From Candidatus Latescibacterota bacterium (GTDB taxonomy: Bacteria > Latescibacterota > UBA2968 > UBA8231), in contig CBDETK010000013.1 of the NCBI GenBank assembly GCA_965242865.1, positions 416,001-480,000 of the forward strand: a DNA stretch of 64,000 nt, read 5' to 3'. Position 1 is the stretch's first letter, and each line of letters begins with the position of its first letter. A program made the translations under genes and the position numbers. The notes under the pieces are model-generated. The model had not been told where the DNA came from and made no database searches. It was given only the letters and a program-made list of their open reading frames with translations. Of this stretch, positions 50,162 to 60,306 are shown piece after piece.

Positions 50162-51335
50162 AATGATGGAAAAGCCGCACCCCCGAATGAATCATGAGCA
50201 TTCCATATTCGTCTGCCGTCTCAATGACCTGATCGTCCCGCGTTGACCCGCCGGCTTGCACTAGATATTCCACGCCTGAACGCTGCGCCCGGTCGATGTT
50301 GTCGCGGAAGGGGAAAAAGGCGTCTGAGCTCAGGGCCACGCCTCGGAGCCGGTCCAACCACGCCCGCTTCTCTTCGGGGCTGAGCCGTTCTGGAACCGCG
50401 CGGAAATTGGCTTCCCAAGCCCGGAGTTCGGCGGGGGTGGCGTCGTCTTGCAGGTAGAGGTCGATGGCGTTGATTTTTTCCGGGCGCTTGAGGCCCTGGG
50501 CAAATTTCATGCCCAACACTTTGGGATGCAGGCGCAGATACCAATTGTCGGCCTTGGCGCAGGCCAAGCGCACGCAGTGGATGCGCGACTGCTGGCCGGC
50601 CCCGATGCCGATGACTTGGCCATCGCGGGCCAGACACACCGAGTTGGACTGGGTGTACTTGAGGGCAATGGTCGCCACCGTCAAGTCGCGCCGCGCACTA
50701 GCCGGCAAGCCTTGGCGAGCCGTGACGATGGGGCGGAAAAAGGCGGCGTCGGGAATAAAGTCGTTGCGTTGCTGCGCGAGTTGGACGCCGAATAGCTGGC
50801 GTTGCTCGGTCGCAGCGGGCGCGTAGTCTGGGTCGATTTGCAGGATGCGGTACTGACCGCCCTTTTTCTTTTTTAAGATCGCCAGAGCCTCTCGCTCGTA
50901 GCCCGGGGCGATGATCCCGTCGGAAACCTCGGCGCGGATGAGCTCGGCCGTAGGGACATCGACCACGTCGCTCAGGGCGATCCAGTCGCCAAAGGAGGCG
51001 AGGCGGTCGGCCCCGCGCGCCCGGGCGTATGCGGTAGCCAGCGGGCTGAGGGCGCGGTTGGCGACGAAGTAGGACGCGCTCAGGGCCTCGTCGAGCGGTG
51101 CGGCAATGGCCGCGCCGGCCGGAGAGACGTGTTTGAACGAGGCCGCGGCCGGCCGGCCGAGGACGCGCTTGAGGTCGCGGACGAGCGGCCAAGCGTTGAG
51201 CGAGTCTAGGAGATTGATGTAGCTGGGGGCGGCGTTGAGCGGCTCAATGGGCAGGGCGTGCCCATCGGCCATAAAGCAGCGGGCCGCTGCTTGGTGCGGG
51301 TTGCAGCCGTAGCGCATGTCGATTGCGGCGGGCAT
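50160..51335 (-). CDS. purH: AICAR transformylase (short PurH lacking the IMP cyclohydrolase domain)
   Basis: RYGCNPHQ, SFKHVSPAG, KYTQSNSV, GQQSRIHC and SSDAFFPF motifs. Confidence 0.88.
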   Translation of the reverse strand: MPAAIDMRYGCNPHQAAARCFMADGHALPIEPLNAAPSYINLLDSLNAWPLVRDLKRVLGRPAAASFKHVSPAGAAIAAPLDEALSASYFVANRALSPLATAYARARGADRLASFGDWIALSDVVDVPTAELIRAEVSDGIIAPGYEREALAILKKKKGGQYRILQIDPDYAPAATEQRQLFGVQLAQQRNDFIPDAAFFRPIVTARQGLPASARRDLTVATIALKYTQSNSVCLARDGQVIGIGAGQQSRIHCVRLACAKADNWYLRLHPKVLGMKFAQGLKRPEKINAIDLYLQDDATPAELRAWEANFRAVPERLSPEEKRAWLDRLRGVALSSDAFFPFRDNIDRAQRSGVEYLVQAGGSTRDDQVIETADEYGMLMIHSGVRLFHH

Positions 51336-51458
51336 ATTTTTTCCTCGGTGAGACCAATTTGACAAACGTTGGGGTGGCGTATTATGTTCGGCAATCGCGG
51401 CCAAAAGACAATCGCCAATCCACTCCCTTTTGACAAGCTAAGACGAGGTAAAGCGGCC

Positions 51459-52493
51459 ATGTTCAACGGTTGTAGTACAGCCTTAGTGACGCCCATGAAC
51501 GCCGACGGCAGCATTGACTACGGCGGCTTGGACCAACTCGTGGAATTCCAAATTGCCAACAACATCCAAGCCGTGCTCGCGGTCGGCACGACCGGCGAAA
51601 GCCCGACCCTGTTGTGGGAAGAGCACAACGAAGTCATCGACCGCACGGTCGCGCTGGCCAAGGGCCGCACCTTGGCCATTGCCGGCACGGGCAGCAACTC
51701 CACCAAGGAGACCATGGCTGGCAGCGAACACGCCGCCCATATAGGCGCGGACGCCGTGCTTTTAGTCGATCCCTATTACAACGGCCCGAGCTCCTTGGAG
51801 ATTCGGCGCGAATACGTCGAGCCGGTGGCCCGCGCTTTTCCCGAGCTGCAGATCATCCCTTACGTCATCCCCGGGCGCACCGGCTGCATGATGCAGGCCG
51901 AAGATTTGGCCATCCTCGCCCACCAGTACCCCAACGTGGCCCAAGTCAAAGAGGCGACCGGCGACTTGGACAACATGGCCAAGACGCGCCGGCTCTGCGG
52001 CGACGATTTTACCATCCTGTCGGGCGACGACGACAAGACCGTGGCGATGATGAAGAGCGAGGATATTCGAGCTGCGGGCGTGATCTCGGTGATGTCCAAC
52101 GTCATTCCGGGCCCCATCCAGCGGCTCACCGAGCTGCTCAACGCCGGGCGCGAGGACGAGGCCGATCGGTTGGCTGCAAAGCTGGCCCCGCTTTTTGGCA
52201 TCGTCGGCGTCACCACCACGGAGCAGAGTGCGTACGGCCCGGTTGAGTGCAAGGCGCGCAACCCCGTGCCGGTTAAGACGCTGATGAACATCCTCGGCAT
52301 GCCGGCCGGGCCGGTGCGGCCGCCGCTGGGCAAGATGACGGCCGCAGGCGCGCAAACGGTGCTGGCAGCCGCGCGCCAAGTACACGCAAACGACCCAACG
52401 GCTTTTGCGCCGATTGCCGAGTTCTTCGGCGTGGATGTGGAAGCGCGTCTGCACGACGGCTCGTTGGCCGAGCACGTGTATCCATCGTATTAA
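51459..52493 (+). CDS. dapA: 4-hydroxy-tetrahydrodipicolinate synthase
   Basis: GTTGESPTL, PYYN, KEATG, SGDD and NPVPVK motifs; adjacent to dapB. Confidence 0.92.
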   Translation: MFNGCSTALVTPMNADGSIDYGGLDQLVEFQIANNIQAVLAVGTTGESPTLLWEEHNEVIDRTVALAKGRTLAIAGTGSNSTKETMAGSEHAAHIGADAVLLVDPYYNGPSSLEIRREYVEPVARAFPELQIIPYVIPGRTGCMMQAEDLAILAHQYPNVAQVKEATGDLDNMAKTRRLCGDDFTILSGDDDKTVAMMKSEDIRAAGVISVMSNVIPGPIQRLTELLNAGREDEADRLAAKLAPLFGIVGVTTTEQSAYGPVECKARNPVPVKTLMNILGMPAGPVRPPLGKMTAAGAQTVLAAARQVHANDPTAFAPIAEFFGVDVEARLHDGSLAEHVYPSY

Positions 52494-52507
52494 CTGAGGC
52501 TAGCGCA

Positions 52508-53311
52508 ATGACTAAAATCGTACTCTGCGGGGTGGCCGGGCGCATGGGCCAGCGGCTGGCTCACTTGACTTTGGCCGCGCCCGATTTGGAGCTATGCGGC
52601 GGCAAGGAGCACCCAACTCACGAGGCGGTGGGGCGCGACATCGGCGAAGTGGTCGGCACCCGGCACCTCGACCTAATCATCAGCGACACGCTGGCCGGCA
52701 TCGTCGAACCCGACCGAGTCGTCATCAACTTTACGACTCCGGAGGCGACCCTTGAAGACGCAGCCCTCTGCGCGGTGCGCGGGGTGCCCATGGTAGTCGG
52801 GACCACGGGGTTTAACCCAGAGCAGCTCGCGGAATTCAAGCGGACGGTAGCCGACATTACCTGCGTGTTTGCGTCGAATTTTAGCACCGCCATGAACGTG
52901 CTCTTCAAGCTGGTTGAAGAGGCCGCCCGGATCTTGGGCGACGACTACGATGTGGAAGTCATCGAAGCGCATCACCGGCACAAGGTCGATGCGCCCTCTG
53001 GGTCGGCCCTGACGCTGGCCGAGCGGGCCGCGGCCGGGTTGGGCCGCACCTTACGCGAGGTGGCTGTCCACGGGCGGTCAGGCGTGATCGGCGAGCGTTC
53101 CCGCCAAGAGATTGGCCTACACGCGATTCGCGCCGGCGACTTGGCGGGCGAGCACTCGGTGCTCTACGCGGCCCTGGGCGAATGCTTGGAGCTGCGGCAC
53201 CGCGCCACAAATCGCGATTGCTTTGCCTTGGGCGCGTTGCGTGCCGCTCGTTTTGCCGCGCAGGCTGCGCCCGGGATGTACTCGATGGGAGATGTGTTGG
53301 GGCTGGGTTGA
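52508..53311 (+). CDS. dapB: 4-hydroxy-tetrahydrodipicolinate reductase
   Basis: GRMG, GTTG and EAHHRHKVDAPSG motifs. Confidence 0.95.
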   Translation: MTKIVLCGVAGRMGQRLAHLTLAAPDLELCGGKEHPTHEAVGRDIGEVVGTRHLDLIISDTLAGIVEPDRVVINFTTPEATLEDAALCAVRGVPMVVGTTGFNPEQLAEFKRTVADITCVFASNFSTAMNVLFKLVEEAARILGDDYDVEVIEAHHRHKVDAPSGSALTLAERAAAGLGRTLREVAVHGRSGVIGERSRQEIGLHAIRAGDLAGEHSVLYAALGECLELRHRATNRDCFALGALRAARFAAQAAPGMYSMGDVLGLG

Positions 53312-53315
53312 GTGC

Positions 53316-54083
53316 TCAGCGCTTGGGGCGGAGGAGGTGCTGAGGCCCCGGCCACAAGGTCTGAATTTTGTCGCGCAACCGCGCGGCTTCCTCAAAGTTT
53401 TCCGCCTCCACGGCCACCTGTAAGTCGCGCTCTAATTGTTCGCGCTGGGACAGCGGCCGCTCCTGCTCTAATTCCTCGTACCATTCGCGCAAAAAGGAAA
53501 TCTCGGGCAAATCCTCGTCTGGCTCGGATTCCCATTCTTCGACAAAGCCCTCGATGTGGGCAATGCCTTCCTCCACGGCGTGCAGGGCCGCTCGATAGTC
53601 GTCGTTTTGCAGGGCTATCATGGCCTGCGCCCGGGTCTGCATCATAACCGCGTGTGGATAGTACTGCTCAAAGTACCAGCGGATCTCGTCGTTGGGCGCG
53701 TGCAGATCGACCAATTCAAAAATCTGTAGGGTGTGCTCGGTATCGGCGATGACCCCTTCGTAGTCTTCGAGGTTGAACAGACTTAGATAGCGGTGATAGT
53801 ACTGCCAAGCCTCTTGGAAGAGTGCTTCGCACTCGCCCTCCTTTAGCACGAAGCCTTCTGGGGTGCCGCGCGATTCGACGAGTTCTTGGTAGTAGTCGAG
53901 CAGCGAGGGGCAACCGTGCGGTTGTTGGCCGTCGGGACGGCCATCCAATTCGAGCTGAAGAAGCCCCATGTCAATGCGGATTTGAAGTTTTTCCTCGCCC
54001 TTGCGGGTGCGGATGCGCCGGGCGAGGAATTCGTCGGGCTTGAACTCCCAACCATTGAGCAAGTCGCCAATATCGTAATTCAT
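53316..54083 (-). CDS. Conserved protein with a C-terminal UvrB/UvrC motif
   Basis: QIRIDMGLLQ..GRPDG..P.G; C-terminal AVEAENFEEAARLRDKI. Confidence 0.8.
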   Translation of the reverse strand: MNYDIGDLLNGWEFKPDEFLARRIRTRKGEEKLQIRIDMGLLQLELDGRPDGQQPHGCPSLLDYYQELVESRGTPEGFVLKEGECEALFQEAWQYYHRYLSLFNLEDYEGVIADTEHTLQIFELVDLHAPNDEIRWYFEQYYPHAVMMQTRAQAMIALQNDDYRAALHAVEEGIAHIEGFVEEWESEPDEDLPEISFLREWYEELEQERPLSQREQLERDLQVAVEAENFEEAARLRDKIQTLWPGPQHLLRPKR

Positions 54084-54456
54084 GGGCGCGCTCTCTGCGA
54101 AAATAGGATGAAGAAACCAGCCCCAAGGAGGTGGGGGAACGCAGGGGACAATATACGGCAGAACTTAGCACTGCGCCACTAGCACCACCCATTATAAACG
54201 CATAATATACAGAAAGGGAAAGATAGCGGCCAGTAAACTAACTTAAATATAATATAAATAATAGGTTAGAAAAATTTATCTCGACGCAGACAGCCGTCTA
54301 AACTACCTTAAAACCGCCGCTAATTTCCAACTCATTCCACCCGGGAGGACCGATGGCCCAGCACGAGCACAATGCGCTGCAAGTGCAGGACGACAGCGGC
54401 ATCGCTTGACAAGGCATCCCTTTGCAATCAACGTACTCTAGCAAAGGAGGCATACT

Positions 54457-55272
54457 ATGCGCGAAATTGAAAACCTGCACTACGGCACTGGGCAGATCGC
54501 ACAGGAGGTGCGCTGCGTCCCGGCGCGTTCCGCAGCCGACGAACAAGCGGACCCAATGTATATCGACATCAAGACGGACCAGCAGTATTGGCGTCGCCGG
54601 GAAGTTTGCTTGCCGAGCGCGTGGCAGCGCGGTAAAGAGGCCGAACCTTTCCTCAAGGGCGAGTGGATCACTGTCGATGCCAGCGACCAAGTGCGGCGCA
54701 TCACTCGCGATCCGCATGACAACATTAGTGTATTTCCGGTTGTCGAAGCGGCGGGGCCACGTACTCAAAAGCTGGGCGTGGCTATGGGCCTGTATGAAGC
54801 CGAGACCGACAACTACTGCGGTGTACCATCCCTTGACGACCCGCTGACGATAGCCAGCGATGGCGGTACACCCAATCGAGGCCGTCTGCGCGTGGCCACG
54901 GCCGGCGAGCCGGTCGTCGCCATGGTCGCGAAGTCCCCAGCACCGGGCGTCAACGATCTGGTCTTTCGCACGGTAATTACGATCTACGTAACCGAGCAAA
55001 TCGATGGATATACTTGCCGACTTGATCCCAGAAGCAAGATCGCCGTAACGGCTCAGGCGTCTCGACCGCTAGCCCGAAGCGTTTTTATTTCTCACGACAC
55101 GTACCATGTTGCCAAGCCGGATTTTGAGTATCTCTACGGATCAATGTGGCCTCATATTGCAGGGATGCTAACGGACATTCCGGCAGAAAAACTGCGCGAT
55201 CTGGTCAAGGTATTTTTTGTCGATCCAAAGACTAAAAAAACGCTGCTTGACCTCTCGGAATACCATGTCTAA
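54457..55272 (+). CDS. Two-domain hypothetical protein with a possible phage decoration-like N-domain
   Basis: AAGGAGG RBS, 271 aa, overlaps the downstream nuclease gene by 8 bp; domain call is from recall only. Confidence 0.6.
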   Translation: MREIENLHYGTGQIAQEVRCVPARSAADEQADPMYIDIKTDQQYWRRREVCLPSAWQRGKEAEPFLKGEWITVDASDQVRRITRDPHDNISVFPVVEAAGPRTQKLGVAMGLYEAETDNYCGVPSLDDPLTIASDGGTPNRGRLRVATAGEPVVAMVAKSPAPGVNDLVFRTVITIYVTEQIDGYTCRLDPRSKIAVTAQASRPLARSVFISHDTYHVAKPDFEYLYGSMWPHIAGMLTDIPAEKLRDLVKVFFVDPKTKKTLLDLSEYHV

Positions 55273-55741
55273 ACGGAGTAATCTGTACACAGGTAGAGCA
55301 GGTCATCTGGCGGTTATGGCGGAACTGCTGCTTCGAGGGTGGAACACCGCCATTCCAGAAGTCGATGTGGGCGACGATATTTTCGTCGTCCACGATAGCC
55401 AAAGGGACTTGCGCCGCGTACAGGTAAAGACAGCTTTGGCAAGACCGTTGCAGGTCGGGCACAGCGCACAGTTTAATCTCTCGCTCTCGCAGCTCCAAAC
55501 GTCAATGACTCCAGAAGTAACGTATATTTTTGCGGTCCGACTGTGCGATCGGTGGGACTCTTTTGTCGTGATTGACCGGGAAATTTTGGATGAGGAACAT
55601 AGCTCGTATCGCCTAGGAAGCGGGAGCACCGATAGACTCGTATTGCGGTTGCGCTTCAAGGGAACCAGCGTGACCTGTAAACGACGGGACTTGTCGCAAT
55701 ACCGCAATAACTGGACGGCCTTTCCCGTTATTGAGCACTAA
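55265..55741 (+). CDS. Small PD-(D/E)XK endonuclease-fold protein
   Basis: GRAGHLAVMAELLLRGW, DVGDD and RVQVKT motifs. Confidence 0.75.
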   Translation: MSKRSNLYTGRAGHLAVMAELLLRGWNTAIPEVDVGDDIFVVHDSQRDLRRVQVKTALARPLQVGHSAQFNLSLSQLQTSMTPEVTYIFAVRLCDRWDSFVVIDREILDEEHSSYRLGSGSTDRLVLRLRFKGTSVTCKRRDLSQYRNNWTAFPVIEH

Positions 55742-55773
55742 CCGCACCTAACCTTTTTTGGAGAATTTTATTT

Positions 55774-56694
55774 ATGGCTCATCACGAATTCGCCCCCACC
55801 CACTACCACACGACCATCGGCTGGCACGAGCCAGTGCTGGCCATCGCCCCCGGCGACGCGGTCTCTACCACCACCGTTGACGCCCGCGGCCAAGACCAGC
55901 ACGGCGAGCGGGTCACCGAGCGCGGCAACCCCATGACCGGCCCGTTCTACATAGAAGGAGCTGAGCCGGGCGATACGCTGGTCGTTCACTTCGACCGGCT
56001 CTATCCCAACCGCGACTGGGGCTGGACCGCCCACGGCATCGCGCCCAATGTGCTAGACCCGGGTTTTGCCACCGGCATTGAGCGCGACGACCAACCGCTC
56101 CGCTGGCCGATTGATCTGGCCGCGGGCACGGCCACCCAGCCGGAGGTCCTGCCGGGCTTGGAGTTGCCCCTCAGCCCGATGCTGGGCTGTTTCGGAGTGG
56201 CCCCGCCGCGCGGCCAAGCCATTTCCACGGCCACCTCCTCGACCCACGGCGGCAACATGGACTACCGCGGCTTTGTCGCGGGCGCGACCGTGTATTTGCC
56301 GGTTGCGGCCCCGGGGGCCCTCTTCCACCTAGGCGATGGGCACGCTGTCCAAGGCGACGGCGAGATCGTGGGCACGGGCGTGGAAATCTCCTTTGACGCG
56401 ACGTTTACGGTCGATCTGATCAAAGGCAAGCCCATCGGCTGGCCCCGCGCTGAAAACCCCACCCACCTGCTCGCGGTCGGCAATGCGCGGCCCTTGGACC
56501 AATGCGTCCAGCACGCCACCAGCGAGCTGGTCACTTGGCTCACCCAAGACTACGCGCTCACCGCGTTGAGTGCCCACGCGCTGTTGGGGCAGTGCGTGGA
56601 ATACGATCTGGGGAATGTGTACGACCCGGCGTACACCATGGTTTGCAAGGTCGCCAAGTCGCGGCTGGCGGCTTTGGACGCCGAGCGGTTATAA
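55774..56694 (+). CDS. Acetamidase/formamidase family protein
   Basis: NPMTGPF..GAEPGD, HGGNMD, GDGHAVQGDGE and VEI motifs. Confidence 0.9.
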   Translation: MAHHEFAPTHYHTTIGWHEPVLAIAPGDAVSTTTVDARGQDQHGERVTERGNPMTGPFYIEGAEPGDTLVVHFDRLYPNRDWGWTAHGIAPNVLDPGFATGIERDDQPLRWPIDLAAGTATQPEVLPGLELPLSPMLGCFGVAPPRGQAISTATSSTHGGNMDYRGFVAGATVYLPVAAPGALFHLGDGHAVQGDGEIVGTGVEISFDATFTVDLIKGKPIGWPRAENPTHLLAVGNARPLDQCVQHATSELVTWLTQDYALTALSAHALLGQCVEYDLGNVYDPAYTMVCKVAKSRLAALDAERL

Positions 56695-58185
56695 GTCGGC
56701 GATGGAGTCGAGGCCCTCGGGCTGGGGCAAGACGTAGCGGACGGGCTGGACGCCGCCGTCGCGGCGGCGCACCTGTTCGACCCGCTTGCACTTGATGACC
56801 GAGTGCTCGATCAGCAGGTCGTCGTCGATTTGGCAGCCGTAGAGGTAGCTGGTGCCCTTGATGGTCACGCGCTCGCCCACGCGCATGGGGTGCTCGTCGC
56901 TGCCGGTTAGGAGCACGCCCGACTCAATGCGGCTGCGCGCTCCAATCCGCAGGTTTCCCTTGATGATATTGCGGCTGAGTATTTCGACTCGCTCGCCCAG
57001 CGCGAGGGTTTGCGCCGGGTACGCACTCAGCTCGACGCCAACGCCAATTTGCACCCCCTCGCCGAGCACCACGTGGCCGCTCAGGTGGCTGCGGTCCCCA
57101 ATGGAGACTCGGCGGTTGAGCTGGACTTGGGGGCCGATGTACGTGCCCTTGCCGACGACGATGTCCAAGGGGCCGCGCTCCGCATCCATGCTGAGGATCT
57201 GGTCGATGACCTCGTCGGCGATGAAGAAGTCCTCCTCGTCGGCGATGGTGATGGTGTCTTTGAGCTTGTCGTAGGCCCAGCGGCGGGCGATGGCCTCCAT
57301 CTGCCGCCAGACGCTTTTGACGTTGAAGGCGAGGAGCGCCTCTTCGCTGTCGGCCGGAGCGGCCCGCACCACGAGCTGGTGCCGATTGAAAATTTGCACC
57401 AAGTCGGTCAGCAGCAACTCGCCTTGGGCATTGTCGGTGTTGAGGTGCGGGATGTACGTCCGCAGGGCGCTTTCTCTGAAGGCGACGCCGCCGGTGTTGA
57501 TCTCGCGCGTTTCCAACAACGCTTGGCGGGTGAAGGGGTACGTGCGGCCATTGTACAGGGCTTCGTAGGGCGTTGCCGCATCGAGGCTGAGGATGTCCTT
57601 GTGCTCGCGGATTTCAATGACTTTGTCGCGGTCGTCCCCCGCGGGCTGCCCGTCGGCGTCGGTGGCTGGTACGCGCACGATGCGGCCATAGAAGTTGGTG
57701 TCGGGGGGGCCGCTGTACAGGCTGGTGAGCACCATCATGTCGCAGTCGGCGTTTTCAAAGTGGGCGCGGAAGCGGGCCACGACTTGCCCGGTCAACAAGC
57801 CCATGTCCCCTAAAAAGATGTACACGTCGCGGTCGGTCGCGGCGGCCGGAAAGGCTTGGAGGCCGACGCGCACGGCGTCGCCGGTGCCGGCCGGCCGGCC
57901 GAGGACCGGGTTTTCTTGGTACGCGAAAAGACGCCCCGGCTGGGGGCCGGCCGCGCGGGCCACGTCCTCGCCCTTGATGCCCACGACCATGACCTGATTG
58001 GGGCTGTCAAGGCCCTGTTGCACGGCGCGGGCCACGCGCACGGCCGTTGGCTGGCCCCAAATTTCGTGCAGCATCTTGGAGGTCTCCGAGCGGATGCGCT
58101 TGCCGTGGCCAGCCGCCAAAATCAGGCCGATGCGGCGGCTGTCGTCCAAAATTGGCGAATTAAGCGCTGCGAGCAGGTCGTGCAT
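56689..58185 (-). CDS. GlmU-like nucleotidyltransferase with a short hexapeptide beta-helix
   Basis: ILAAGHGKR...K, GTGDAV, GDM, YGRIVR, EINTG and NAQGE..LTD motifs. Confidence 0.75.
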   Translation of the reverse strand: MHDLLAALNSPILDDSRRIGLILAAGHGKRIRSETSKMLHEIWGQPTAVRVARAVQQGLDSPNQVMVVGIKGEDVARAAGPQPGRLFAYQENPVLGRPAGTGDAVRVGLQAFPAAATDRDVYIFLGDMGLLTGQVVARFRAHFENADCDMMVLTSLYSGPPDTNFYGRIVRVPATDADGQPAGDDRDKVIEIREHKDILSLDAATPYEALYNGRTYPFTRQALLETREINTGGVAFRESALRTYIPHLNTDNAQGELLLTDLVQIFNRHQLVVRAAPADSEEALLAFNVKSVWRQMEAIARRWAYDKLKDTITIADEEDFFIADEVIDQILSMDAERGPLDIVVGKGTYIGPQVQLNRRVSIGDRSHLSGHVVLGEGVQIGVGVELSAYPAQTLALGERVEILSRNIIKGNLRIGARSRIESGVLLTGSDEHPMRVGERVTIKGTSYLYGCQIDDDLLIEHSVIKCKRVEQVRRRDGGVQPVRYVLPQPEGLDSIADL

Positions 58186-58202
58186 TGCGTTCCTTTCCGG
58201 GT

Positions 58203-60299
58203 TCACGCGCCCCCTCCCTCTACGATGTCGATGGCCTCGCCGAGGGCTGCGCGCATGAGTACCTCCTGCATACTGTGGCTGGGGCCGCCGGCTTCGGGCT
58301 GGCGGCGGCTGTACGTGCCATCTGGGCGCATCTGCCGAGATTTGGCGCGGTCGGCCAGCGCCAGCGCCAGCAACTCTCGATAGATGCGCCGCTTCAGGCC
58401 CGGGTCCAAGATGGGGAAGACGACTTCGACCCGGCCGCGCAGGTTGCGATTCATCCAGTCCGCGCTGCCGAGCCAAACTTCCTCGTCGCCGCCGTTGGCA
58501 AAGTAAAAGACCCGGCTGTGCTCCAAGAAGCGGCCAATGATGCTGTACACGCGGATGTTGTCGCTGATGCCGTCGAGGCCGGCGCGCAAGCAGCAGATCC
58601 CGCGCACGATTAGATCGATTTCCACGCCGGCTTGCGAGGCCGCGTACAAGGCGTTGATGATGGCCGGATCGATGAGGCCGTTCATCTTGGCGATGATCGC
58701 GGCCGGCCGATTGGCGCGGGCGTGTTGGCTCTCGCGCTCGATGCGGTCGAGCATGCCCTGCATCAGGCCGGAGGGGGCCACTAGCAGCTTTTTGAATTGG
58801 CTGGCGCGGTTGTGGGCGGTGAGCAGGTTGAAGACCTCGGCCACTTCGGCCGTGATCGTCGGCTCGGCCGTAATCAGCCCCAGATCCGTGTAGAGCCGAG
58901 CGGTGATGTGGTTGTAATTGCCGGTCCCCAAGTGGGCGTAGCGGCGCAGGCGGTCTTGGTCGCGGCGCACCAGCATGGACAGCTTGCAATGGGTCTTCAG
59001 GCCCATGATCCCATAGACCACGTGGATGCCGCTGTCTTCGAGCCGCTTGGCCCACTCGATGTTGGCCTCTTCGTCGCCGCGGGCCTTGAGCTCGACGAGC
59101 ACAGTAACCTCCTTGCGGCGCTCGGCCGCGTCAATGAGGGCCTGTCCCACCTCTGAATCGTCGCCCGTGCGGTAGATGGTCTGTTTGATCGCCAGCACTT
59201 TGGGATCGCTGGCCGCCATGCGGATGAAATCGGTTACGGTGGAAAACGACTCGTAGGGATGGTGCAAGAGGACGTCGCCGGCGCGAATGGCCGCGAAGAA
59301 CGCCTCCGGCTCTTGGGGTACGTCGCGCTTGACTGGCGAGAAGGGGGCGTCCTTGAGCAGGGGGCGCGGGACGAGCCCGTACAGGGTCATGACCCGGTGG
59401 AGATTGACCGGCCCGGCCGCCCTGAACACCAAGCTGTCGTCGAGGTCAAACTCCTGCTGCAAAAGCGCGACCAGCCGGTCGGGTGCCCCAGCGGTGATTT
59501 CCAGCCGCACGGCGTCGGCCTGCCGCTGCTTGGTCACTTGCTCGGCGATTTCTTCGAGCAGGTTGTCGGCGTCTTCTTCGTTGACGTACAGCTCGCTGTT
59601 GCGGGTGATGCGGAACGGGGCCGAGCCGAGGACCTCGTAGCCGCGGAACAAGGCCCGGACTTGCAGGTCCATGATCCCGGCCAAGGTCACGAAGTGGAGG
59701 TCCGGGCCTTGGCCGGGCAGGCGCAGGATGCGCGGCAACACGCGCGGCACCGTGGCCACGCCCATCACGGACTGGCCCTGTCCTTCGAGCAAAGCCCCGA
59801 TGCACAGGGCCTTGTTGAGCACCCGGGGGAAGGGATGGGCCGGATCGACGACGATGGGCGTGAGGATCGGTTCGAGCTCTTCTTCCCAGTATTGATGCAC
59901 AAAGTCGAGGTGCTCGCCTTGGAGTTGGCGCGCTTCCCACAGGTAGATGCCCTCGGCCGCCAGCGCTGGAATGAGGTCCTCGTTCCAGCAGCGATACTGC
60001 TCGGCGACCTGCTCGTGGGCTTGTTGGGCGATGCGCTCTAGCTGCTCGGCCGGGGTCAGCCCGTCGGGGCGGCTGGGGTTGGCTCCGGACTCGTGCAATT
60101 GCAGCAAGCCAGCGACCCGGATTTCGTAGAACTCGTCGAGGTTGCTGGCGACGATGGCCATGAACTTGACGCGCTCCAACAAGGGGTTGCGCTCGTCTTG
60201 GGCTTCTTCGAGCACCCGGGCGTTAAAGTCGAGCCAAGAGAGCTCGCGGTTGATGTAAAGCGCGGGCGCGCCTGCTGGGTCTTTGTCTTTAGCCGACAT
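58203..60299 (-). CDS. ppk1: Polyphosphate kinase 1
   Basis: NRELSWL, HPFP, HHPYESF, KTHCK, GTGNYN, FLEHSR and SADWM motifs. Confidence 0.96.
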   Translation of the reverse strand: MSAKDKDPAGAPALYINRELSWLDFNARVLEEAQDERNPLLERVKFMAIVASNLDEFYEIRVAGLLQLHESGANPSRPDGLTPAEQLERIAQQAHEQVAEQYRCWNEDLIPALAAEGIYLWEARQLQGEHLDFVHQYWEEELEPILTPIVVDPAHPFPRVLNKALCIGALLEGQGQSVMGVATVPRVLPRILRLPGQGPDLHFVTLAGIMDLQVRALFRGYEVLGSAPFRITRNSELYVNEEDADNLLEEIAEQVTKQRQADAVRLEITAGAPDRLVALLQQEFDLDDSLVFRAAGPVNLHRVMTLYGLVPRPLLKDAPFSPVKRDVPQEPEAFFAAIRAGDVLLHHPYESFSTVTDFIRMAASDPKVLAIKQTIYRTGDDSEVGQALIDAAERRKEVTVLVELKARGDEEANIEWAKRLEDSGIHVVYGIMGLKTHCKLSMLVRRDQDRLRRYAHLGTGNYNHITARLYTDLGLITAEPTITAEVAEVFNLLTAHNRASQFKKLLVAPSGLMQGMLDRIERESQHARANRPAAIIAKMNGLIDPAIINALYAASQAGVEIDLIVRGICCLRAGLDGISDNIRVYSIIGRFLEHSRVFYFANGGDEEVWLGSADWMNRNLRGRVEVVFPILDPGLKRRIYRELLALALADRAKSRQMRPDGTYSRRQPEAGGPSHSMQEVLMRAALGEAIDIVEGGGA

Positions 60300-60306
60300 G
60301 AGGCCC

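Noticed and set aside
58186-59055. Apparent 290-aa N-terminal extension of the GlmU-like ORF (similarly for the LarA-like, ppk1 and SEC-C ORFs)
   Set aside because: Overlaps neighbouring real genes or regulatory DNA and is low-complexity; downstream starts are more plausible
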